DNA of 46,934 nucleotides from Microlunatus sp. Lineage in GTDB: Bacteria; Actinomycetota; Actinomycetes; Propionibacteriales; Propionibacteriaceae. Position 1 is the first letter of the stretch, and the number at the start of each line of letters is the position of its first letter. This document shows, in pieces, positions 38,597-46,934 of this stretch. The stretch spans positions 1 through 46,934 of the forward strand of contig DASTGF010000084.1 of assembly GCA_035719255.1 (NCBI GenBank), written 5' to 3'. The notes beneath the pieces are model-generated. The model had not been told where the DNA came from. It did no database searches and saw only the letters and a program-made list of their open reading frames with translations. Position numbers and translations under genes: made by a program.

Positions 38597-40128
38597 TCCT
38601 CGGTCAGCGGCCCAACCCGCTGCGTGATCCGCAGGACCGGCGACTTCCGCGGATCGCCGGTCCGTGCGTCCTGGTGATCTTCGGTGTCACCGGTGACCTG
38701 TCGACCAAGAAGCTGATGCCGGCGGTGTACGACCTCGCCAACCGCGGTCTGCTGCCTCCGGGGTTCGCGTTGGTCGGCTTCGCGCGACGGGACTGGGAGC
38801 ACCAGGACTTCGCCAAGATCGTCCACGACGCGGTCCGCCAGCATGCGCGGACGCCGTTCCGGGAGGAGGTCTGGCGGCAGCTGTCGGAGGGCATCCGGTT
38901 CGTGCCGGGCGAGATCGGCGACGACCAGTCGTTCGACAAGCTGGCGCGCACCATCGCCGATCTCGACGAGGCCCGCGGCACCGGAGGCAACCACGCGTTC
39001 TACCTGTCGATCCCACCGGGTCTGTTCCAGACCGTGGTGGACCAGCTGCGCTCTCACGGGCTGGCGGATCAGCAGGCCGGACGCTGGAGCCGGGTGGTGA
39101 TCGAGAAGCCGTTCGGTCACGACCTGGCCAGCGCCCGCGAGCTGAACCGGATCGTCTCGGAGGTGTTCCCGTCCTGGTCGGTGTTCCGGATCGATCACTA
39201 CCTGGGCAAGGAGACCGTCCAGAACCTGATGGCGCTGCGTTTCGCCAACCAGCTGTTCGAACCGGTATGGAACAACAACTACGTCGACCATGTCCAGATC
39301 ACCATGGCCGAGGACATCGGCATCGGCGGCCGCGCCGGCTACTTCGACGGGATCGGCATCGCCCGTGACGTGATCCAGAACCACCTGCTCCAGCTCCTCG
39401 CCCTGACGGCCATGGAGGAGCCCAACTCCTTCGAGGCCAGCCAGCTGCGCAACGAGAAGCAGAAGGTGCTGGCCGCCACCCGGCCGCCGGTGCGGATGGA
39501 TCTGCACACCGCCCGCGGCCGGTACGCCGGTGGCTGGGCCGGCGGGGAGAAGGTCAAGGGCTACCTGGAGGAGGACCGCATCCCGCCGGGTTCCACCACC
39601 GAGACCTACGCCGCCATCCGGGTCGACATCGAGAACCGTCGCTGGGCGGGCGTGCCGTTCTATCTGCGGACCGGCAAGCGGCTCGCCCGCCGGGTGACCG
39701 AGATCGCGCTGGCGTTCAAGCGCGCGCCGCACCTGCCCTTCACCGCGACCGATACCGAGGAACTCGGCCACAACGCCCTGGTCCTGCGGATCCAGCCCGA
39801 CGAGGGCGTGACCCTGAGGTTCGGGGCGAAGGTGCCCGGCACCCAGATGGAGATCCGCGAAGTCAACATGGACTTCGCGTACGGCGGTTCGTTCACCGAG
39901 GCGTCACCGGAGGCGTACGAGCGGCTGATCCTCGATGTGCTCCTCGGTGATCCCCCACTCTTCCCGCACCACGAAGAGGTGGAGCTGTCCTGGGAGATCC
40001 TCGACCCGGTGCTGGACTACTGGGCCAGCCTGAACGAGGCTCCACAGGACTACCAGCCGGGCGGCTGGGGCCCGACCAATGCCGACGAGATGCTGGCCCG
40101 CGACGGCCGGGCCTGGAGGCGGCCATGA
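38593..40128 (+). CDS. zwf: Glucose-6-phosphate 1-dehydrogenase
   Basis: [41 protein letters not shown]. Confidence 0.97.
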   Translation: MILGQRPNPLRDPQDRRLPRIAGPCVLVIFGVTGDLSTKKLMPAVYDLANRGLLPPGFALVGFARRDWEHQDFAKIVHDAVRQHARTPFREEVWRQLSEGIRFVPGEIGDDQSFDKLARTIADLDEARGTGGNHAFYLSIPPGLFQTVVDQLRSHGLADQQAGRWSRVVIEKPFGHDLASARELNRIVSEVFPSWSVFRIDHYLGKETVQNLMALRFANQLFEPVWNNNYVDHVQITMAEDIGIGGRAGYFDGIGIARDVIQNHLLQLLALTAMEEPNSFEASQLRNEKQKVLAATRPPVRMDLHTARGRYAGGWAGGEKVKGYLEEDRIPPGSTTETYAAIRVDIENRRWAGVPFYLRTGKRLARRVTEIALAFKRAPHLPFTATDTEELGHNALVLRIQPDEGVTLRFGAKVPGTQMEIREVNMDFAYGGSFTEASPEAYERLILDVLLGDPPLFPHHEEVELSWEILDPVLDYWASLNEAPQDYQPGGWGPTNADEMLARDGRAWRRP

Positions 40129-41201
40129 TCGTCAAGCTCGAGAACACCACCTCGCCGCGGATCTCCTCGGCCCTGGTCAAGGCTCGCCGGAGTGCCGGCA
40201 GCCCGGCCATGGGCATGGTGCTGACCTTGATCATCGTCGCCGACGAGAAGGAGTACGCCGACGCTCTCCGGTCGAGCATGGAAGCCGGTCGGGAGCATCC
40301 CTCCAGGATCCTGCTCGTGGTCACCAACAGCAGCCGCAAGCCCTCGCTCGACGCGGAGGTGAGGATCGGCGAAGGCACCCCCGGCGAGGTGATCGTCATC
40401 CGGATGAGCGGTGCGATCGCCGATCACCCGGCCTCGGTGGTCCGGCCGCTGCTGCTGCCCGACTCACCCGTCGTCATCTGGTGGCCGGGACGCTGCCCGG
40501 TCAACCCGTCCACCGACGAACTGGCTCAGTTGGCCGGCCGGCGGATGACGGACGCTGCGAACACCCCACGACCGCTCAAGGCCCTGATCGGTCGCGCCGA
40601 CAACTACGAACCGGGCGACACCGACCTGGCCTGGACCCGACTCACGCCGTGGCGGGCCTTGCTGGCAGCCGCGTTGGACCAGTACCCGGCCAAGATCAAA
40701 TCCGCCGCGGTCGAGGCCGAGCGCGCCAACCCGTCGGCCGATCTGCTGGCGTCGTGGCTGCATCTGCGGCTCAAGCTGGACGTGACCCGCAAGGTCAGTG
40801 ACGGCCCGGGCATTACCGCGGTCCGCCTCGGCACGGCCGCGGGCGACATTGCGATCACCCGTCCCGACGGGTTGCTCGCGTCGTATGCGGTGCCGGGACA
40901 GCCGGAGCGCCTGGTAGCCCTCAAGCGGCGCGACATCACCGAGCTGATCAGCGAGGAGATGCGGCGGATGGACGCCGACGAGGTCTACGGTCGGGTGCTC
41001 AGGTCACTGCAACGCAACGGCGTCAAGAAGTCCACCGCCACGAAGTCCGCCGCCGCCAAGCCCGCCCCCGCGACGAAGACCTCTGCCGCCAAGAAGGCCC
41101 CCGCCAAGAGAGCCCCCGCCAAGAGAGCCCCCGCGACGAAGAAGACGTCCGCGCCGCGCACACCGAGGAAGCGCACACCGGCGCCGGAGGGCGAGGCGTG
41201 A
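40125..41201 (+). CDS. opcA: G6PDH assembly protein OpcA with basic C-terminal tail
   Basis: EHPSRIL, PLLLPDSPVVIWWP, GDTDLAWTRLTPWR; lies between zwf and pgl. Confidence 0.92.
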   Translation: MIVKLENTTSPRISSALVKARRSAGSPAMGMVLTLIIVADEKEYADALRSSMEAGREHPSRILLVVTNSSRKPSLDAEVRIGEGTPGEVIVIRMSGAIADHPASVVRPLLLPDSPVVIWWPGRCPVNPSTDELAQLAGRRMTDAANTPRPLKALIGRADNYEPGDTDLAWTRLTPWRALLAAALDQYPAKIKSAAVEAERANPSADLLASWLHLRLKLDVTRKVSDGPGITAVRLGTAAGDIAITRPDGLLASYAVPGQPERLVALKRRDITELISEEMRRMDADEVYGRVLRSLQRNGVKKSTATKSAAAKPAPATKTSAAKKAPAKRAPAKRAPATKKTSAPRTPRKRTPAPEGEA

Positions 41202-41941
41202 GCGGTTACGAGATCGTCATCCATGCCAGCGCCGACGAAGTGGCCGAAGGGCTGGCCCACCGGCTGGTCTCACGGCTGGCCGAGCTGCAGCGCGACTTCC
41301 GGGTTCCGCAGGTCGCGCTGACCGGCGGTCGGATCGCCACCCGGGCGTACCGGCATCTGGCTGAGGAGGGTCCGCACGCCGCCGTGGACTGGTCGCGCGT
41401 GGAGCTGTGGTGGGGCGATGAACGCTTCGTGCCGGCCGGCGACGAGGACCGCAACGCCGATGCGACCCTGGACATCCTGCGGTCGACGCTCCCGCTCGAT
41501 CCCGAGCGGGTCCACATCATGCCGCCAAGCGACGCCGGGATGGACCTCGATACCGCGGCGGAGTCGTACGCTCGTGAGCTCGGAACCACGATCTTCGACG
41601 TCTGCCTGCTCGGCATGGGACCCGACGGTCACGTGGCGTCGATCTTCCCCGAGCACCCGTCGTCCTATGCCGAGGGCGAGGTGATCGCGGTCCGGTCCTC
41701 CCCGAAGCCGCCGCCGGAACGGATCAGCCTGACCCTTCCGGTGATCAACCGGTCGCGCGAGGTCTGGTTCGTGATCAGCGGTTCGGACAAGGCCGCGGCC
41801 GCGAAGATGGCCCTGCTCGGCGCGGGTCCGGTCCAGGTGCCGGCCGCCGGGGTCAACGGAGTCGAGCGAACTCTCTGGCTGCTGGATAGGGACGCCGCGG
41901 CTCAGCTACCGCCCGAGTTGGCCGTACGCCCCGGCGCCTGA
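41198..41941 (+). CDS. pgl: 6-phosphogluconolactonase
   Basis: LTGG, WGDERFVP, LLGMGPDGHVASIFP, PKPPPERISLT. Confidence 0.95.
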   Translation: MSGYEIVIHASADEVAEGLAHRLVSRLAELQRDFRVPQVALTGGRIATRAYRHLAEEGPHAAVDWSRVELWWGDERFVPAGDEDRNADATLDILRSTLPLDPERVHIMPPSDAGMDLDTAAESYARELGTTIFDVCLLGMGPDGHVASIFPEHPSSYAEGEVIAVRSSPKPPPERISLTLPVINRSREVWFVISGSDKAAAAKMALLGAGPVQVPAAGVNGVERTLWLLDRDAAAQLPPELAVRPGA

Positions 41942-41955
41942 ACACGGTGCCGGGA

Positions 41956-42312
41956 TCAGTAGATGACCTCGCCGGCAGCGCGGCGAGCCCGCAGCGACTG
42001 CAGTGCCTCGGTCAGGATGTCGGCCGCCTCCTGGTCGGAGCGACGCTCCTTCACATAGGCCAGATGCGTCTTGTAAGGCTCGATCTTCGGCGGCGGCGGC
42101 GGATTCAGAGCGTCGTTGTTGGCGGGCAGTCCACAGCGCGGGCAGTCCCAGGTTTCCGGGATCTGCGCGTCGGCGGCGAAGGCCGGCTTGGTCTCGTGGC
42201 CATGGGCGCAGAAGTACGACACGTACAGCCGAGGCGCGGCATCGCCGCGCTCGGCCTCGCCCATCGGACCGGCCCCGACTCGGCTGCCACGGATGGCACT
42301 GCCACCAGCCAC
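41956..42312 (-). CDS. rbpA: RNA polymerase-binding protein RbpA
   Basis: IRGSRVG, YFCAHGH, IPETWDCPRCG, KTHLAYVKERRS; SD GAGGAG. Confidence 0.88.
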   Translation of the reverse strand: MAGGSAIRGSRVGAGPMGEAERGDAAPRLYVSYFCAHGHETKPAFAADAQIPETWDCPRCGLPANNDALNPPPPPKIEPYKTHLAYVKERRSDQEAADILTEALQSLRARRAAGEVIY

Positions 42313-42376
42313 GTTTGGTTCTCCTCGATCAGTACTGTTGCGTGCGGAGTTGGAGGTCGGCTGACCGTGCTACGGC

Positions 42377-42416
42377 CAGCCCGATTCGTTCATCAGCCCG
42401 GTTCGTCCATCAGCCC
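42377..42416 (-). repeat. 17-bp tandem duplication at the secG stop
   Basis: CAGCCCGATTCGTTCAT / CAGCCCGGTTCGTCCAT / CAGCCC on the + strand. Confidence 0.7.
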
Positions 42417-42652
42417 AGTTTGTACAACAGGTTGAGCGCGACCACCGAGGCGATCCAGACGACGCCGATGATGATCGTCAGGCGGTCGAGGTTGCGCTCG
42501 GCGATGCTCGAGCCGCCGAGCGAGGTGGAGATGCCACCGCCGAACAGATCGGAGAGTCCGCCGCCACGGCCCTTGTGCAGCAGCACCGACAGCGCCAGGG
42601 CGACGCTGGTGATGACCAGCACGATGGAGAAGATCAGAATCGGGACACTCAT
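42410..42652 (-). CDS. secG: Preprotein translocase subunit SecG
   Basis: VLLHKGRGGGLSDLFGGG...ERNLDRLT, two TM; follows tpiA. Confidence 0.94.
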   Translation of the reverse strand: MSVPILIFSIVLVITSVALALSVLLHKGRGGGLSDLFGGGISTSLGGSSIAERNLDRLTIIIGVVWIASVVALNLLYKLG

Positions 42653-42735
42653 GCGGCGTTGCTCACTCCACGACTGTTCGGCGGATGCACCCCGACAGCC
42701 TAACTCACGGATTCGGTCGGATCGTCGGCTCGAAC

Positions 42736-43521
42736 TCAGGCGGGCATGTCGTAGAACCGGGCGATCCCGGCGAACTCGTCCACGATCAGGCTCGCTCCGC
42801 CGACCAGGGCACCGTCGATGTCCGGCTGCGCCATGATGGCGGCGACGTTGTTGGCCTTGACCGAGCCGCCGTAGAGGATCCGGGTGGCGTCGGCGGTGGC
42901 ATCGCCGTATTGCTCGCGCAGCCAGCCGCGGATCGCCCCACACACCTCCTGGGCGTCGTCGGGGGTGGCCACCTCGCCGGTGCCGATGGCCCAGACGGGC
43001 TCGTAGGCGATCACCAGACCGGCGACCTGCTCGGCCGAGAGCCCCTGCAGGGCACCCTCGACGTGACCCAGCGTGAACGCGACCTGGTCACCGGCCTTTC
43101 GGACCTCCAGGCCCTCACCGACGCAGACGATCGGGACCAGGCCCTTCTTCAGCGCCTGCACGGTCTTGGCGTTCACCACGGCGTTGTCCTCGCCGTGGTA
43201 TTCGCGCCGCTCGGAGTGACCGACCACGACGTATGAGCAGCCCAGCTTGACCAGCATGTCCGCGGAGATGTCGCCGGTATAGGCGCCACCGTCGTACGGC
43301 GACAGGTCCTGTGCACCGTAGGCCAGCTCCAGCTTGTCGCCGTCGATCAGCGTCTGCACCGAACGCAGATCGGTGAACGGCGGGATCACCACGACCTCCG
43401 ACTTGGCCGCGTCGTGGCGTTTGTCCTGCAGCGTCCACGCCAGCTTCTGCACCAGGCCGACGGCCTCGACGTGGTTGAGGTTCATCTTCCAGTTGCCGGC
43501 CATCAGCGGCTTGCGCGCCAT
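42736..43521 (-). CDS. tpiA: Triosephosphate isomerase
   Basis: [37 protein letters not shown]. Confidence 0.97.
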   Translation of the reverse strand: MARKPLMAGNWKMNLNHVEAVGLVQKLAWTLQDKRHDAAKSEVVVIPPFTDLRSVQTLIDGDKLELAYGAQDLSPYDGGAYTGDISADMLVKLGCSYVVVGHSERREYHGEDNAVVNAKTVQALKKGLVPIVCVGEGLEVRKAGDQVAFTLGHVEGALQGLSAEQVAGLVIAYEPVWAIGTGEVATPDDAQEVCGAIRGWLREQYGDATADATRILYGGSVKANNVAAIMAQPDIDGALVGGASLIVDEFAGIARFYDMPA

Positions 43522-43525
43522 GTCG

Positions 43526-44725
43526 TCAGCCTTCCTGCTCATCGAGAACGGCGAGTCCGGGGAGGGTCTTGCCCTCCAGGTACTCCAGGGACGCTCCACC
43601 GCCGGTGGAGATGTGGCCGAAGGCGTCGTCGGCGAAGCCGAGCGCCCGCACCGCGGCCGCCGAGTCGCCGCCGCCGACGACCGACAGGCCGTCCACCTCG
43701 GTCAGCGCCTGCGCCACCGCGCGGGTGCCGCCGGCGAAGTTCTCCCACTCCGCGACACCCATGGGCCCGTTCCAGAACACCGTCTTGGACCCGCTGATCA
43801 CGGCGGCGAACGCCTTGGCCGACTCCGGGCCGATGTCCAGCCCCAGCTGGTCGGCCGGCATCGCGTCGGCGGGGACCACGCTCGGCGTGGCGTCGGCCTT
43901 GAACTCCGGAGCCACGACGATGTCGCTCGGCAGCACGATCTGCTTGCCGGCGGCCTCGGCGTCGGCGAGGTAGCCCTTGACGGTCTCGATCTGGTCGGCC
44001 TCGAGCAGGGACGTACCCACCTCGTGGCCCTGGGCGGCGAGGAAGGTGAACACCATGCCACCGCCGATGAGCAGGGTGTCGGCCGTCTTCAGCAGGTTGG
44101 CGATCACGGCGAGCTTGTCGGACACCTTGGCACCACCCAGCACCACCGCGTACGGCCGCTGCGGAGTCTCGGTGAGCTGCTTGAGCACCTCGACCTCGTG
44201 ACGGACCAGACCACCGGCCGCGCACGGCAGCAGCTTGGCGACGTCGTACACCGACGCCTGCTTGCGGTGCACGACCCCGAAGCCGTCGGAGACGAACACG
44301 TCGCCGAACGCGGCGTACTTCTGGGCCAGCGCGGCCCGCTCGGCCTCGTCCTTGGAGGTCTCGCCCGGCTCGAAACGGACGTTCTCCAGCATCGCGACCC
44401 CGCCGTCGGACAATCCGGCGACGGCGGCGGCGGCGGACTCACCGACCGTGTCCTCGGCCAGCTTGACCTCGGTCCCGAGCAGCTCACCGAGCCGCTTGGC
44501 GGCGGGAGCCAGCGAGTACCTCGGATCCGGCGCGCCCTTCGGACGCCCGAGATGGGCCATCACGACGATCCTGGCCCCGGCCTCACGGAGCTCGGTCAGC
44601 GTGGGTAGCGAGGCGCGGATGCGGCCGTCGTCGGTGATGGTGCTGCCGTCCAGCGGCACGTTGAGGTCGCAGCGGATCAGCGCGCGCTTGCCGCGCAGGT
44701 CGCCGAGATCGGAAACAGACTTCAT
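43526..44725 (-). CDS. pgk: Phosphoglycerate kinase
   Basis: [42 protein letters not shown]. Confidence 0.97.
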   Translation of the reverse strand: MKSVSDLGDLRGKRALIRCDLNVPLDGSTITDDGRIRASLPTLTELREAGARIVVMAHLGRPKGAPDPRYSLAPAAKRLGELLGTEVKLAEDTVGESAAAAVAGLSDGGVAMLENVRFEPGETSKDEAERAALAQKYAAFGDVFVSDGFGVVHRKQASVYDVAKLLPCAAGGLVRHEVEVLKQLTETPQRPYAVVLGGAKVSDKLAVIANLLKTADTLLIGGGMVFTFLAAQGHEVGTSLLEADQIETVKGYLADAEAAGKQIVLPSDIVVAPEFKADATPSVVPADAMPADQLGLDIGPESAKAFAAVISGSKTVFWNGPMGVAEWENFAGGTRAVAQALTEVDGLSVVGGGDSAAAVRALGFADDAFGHISTGGGASLEYLEGKTLPGLAVLDEQEG

Positions 44726-44771
44726 GGCGTGGGGTTCTCCTCTACGGTGCGCGGCTCAGCCGCATGACGTG

Positions 44772-44830
44772 CCCTGAGCCTGTCGAAGGGAGCACCGGAG
44801 GTGTACCGGGACCCTTCGACAAGCTCAGGG
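44772..44830. repeat. REP-like palindrome between gap and pgk
   Basis: CCCTGAGCCTGTCGAAGGG (44772-44790) and CCCTTCGACAAGCTCAGGG (44812-44830), 18/19 complementary. Confidence 0.85.
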
Positions 44831-44849
44831 ATCGTGCGGGAGCTCAGGC

Positions 44850-45908
<1,059 letters not shown>

Positions 45909-46006
45909 TCACCCTAACGGACGCGGGCGGACGCGTAACGGGCCGATGGCGCCACTGGTCGCATCACGGTCAGAAGTCACGACCAGAGTCACCCCCGAAC
46001 CGGCCG

Positions 46007-46934
46007 CTATTCCTCGTCGAGCAGGTCCGCGCTGAGACTCGCCTCGGTATTGGGAATGCCCAGTTCCGCGGCCCGCTTGTCGGCCGTGGCGAGCAGTCGC
46101 CGGATGCGGCCGGCAACCGCGTCCTTGGTGAGCTGCGGATCGTGCAACTGGCCCAGCTCTTCTAGGCTGGCCTGCTTGTTCTGCACCCGGAGAACCCCCG
46201 CGGCCTTGAGGTGGTCGGGGACGTCGTCGCCGAGGATCTCCAGAGCGCGCTCGACCCGAGCTCCCGCGGCCACGGCCGCCCGCGCCGACCGGCGGAGGTT
46301 CGCGTCGTCGAAGTTGGCCAGCCGGTTGGCCGACGCCCGGACCTCGCGCCGCATCCGGCGCTCCTCCCAGGCCAGCAACGTCTCGTGGGCGCCTAGCCGC
46401 GTCAGCAGCGCGGCGATCGCGTCACCGTCGCGGATCACGACCCGGTCGACGTTGCGCACCTCGCGCGCCTTGGCGGAGATGTTCAGCCGGCGGGCGGCGC
46501 CGACCAGCGCGAGGGCCGCCTCCGGGCCGGGGCAGGTGACCTCCAGGGCCATCGAGCGGCCGGGTTCGGTCAGGGAACCATGGGCCAGGAACGCACCGCG
46601 CCACGCCGCGACACAGTCGCAGATGCCGCCACTGACCACCTGGGACGGCAGGCCGCGGGCCGGGCGGCCCCGGGAGTCGATCAGGCCGGTCTGCCGGGCC
46701 AGCGACTCGCCGTCCTTGATCACCCGCACCATGTAGCGGGTGCCACGACGCAGACCCGAACCGTTGACGATGACCAGCTCGCTGGTGTGGTCGAAGACCT
46801 CGGAGATGTCGGTGCGCAGGCGTCGAGCGGCGGCGCCGGTATCCAGCTCGGCCTCGATCACGATCCGACCGCTGACGATGTGCAGGCCGTTGCAGAATCT
46901 GAGGATCGCGGCGACTTCGGACTTGCGGCAGCAC
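46007..46934 (-). CDS. whiA: DNA-binding protein WhiA (5' end outside window)
   Basis: CCRKSEV..., [51 protein letters not shown]. Confidence 0.95.
   Translation of the reverse strand, partial: CCRKSEVAAILRFCNGLHIVSGRIVIEAELDTGAAARRLRTDISEVFDHTSELVIVNGSGLRRGTRYMVRVIKDGESLARQTGLIDSRGRPARGLPSQVVSGGICDCVAAWRGAFLAHGSLTEPGRSMALEVTCPGPEAALALVGAARRLNISAKAREVRNVDRVVIRDGDAIAALLTRLGAHETLLAWEERRMRREVRASANRLANFDDANLRRSARAAVAAGARVERALEILGDDVPDHLKAAGVLRVQNKQASLEELGQLHDPQLTKDAVAGRIRRLLATADKRAAELGIPNTEASLSADLLDEE

Overview
High-GC Actinomycetota chromosomal segment (gene order suggests Propionibacteriales or a similar lineage; this is inference). About three quarters is conserved housekeeping: fabG-fabI, moaA/fdhD, ABC-F ATPase, sufR-sufBD-Rieske-sufCSU-sufT, ligC, ABC pair-ctaA, ctaB, tkt-tal-zwf-opcA-pgl, rbpA, secG, tpiA-pgk-gap and partial whiA. 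The main observations are: (1) a full-length cyanophycin synthetase facing a paralogue that keeps the N and Mur-ligase (M) domains but lacks the whole ATP-grasp (G) domain, with no cyanophycinase in view; (2) directly upstream of cphA, a secreted lysyl-oxidase-family protein with intact Cu and LTQ residues, whose duplicated C-terminal domain has 0 Lys in copy 1 and 15 Lys in copy 2; (3) a 16-bp tandem repeat that reads as four GTG-GGC-AGT-CTN-TGA micro-ORFs leading into an RlmA-like rRNA methyltransferase; (4) a Gbn-like HTH protein fused to a histone-H1-like tail, behind a cluster of GATC sites. There are also two REP-like hairpins inside operons and candidate DosR- and IdeR-type boxes. No rRNA, tRNA, CRISPR array or transposase was recognised. 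All family calls come from motif recognition by eye, not database searches.
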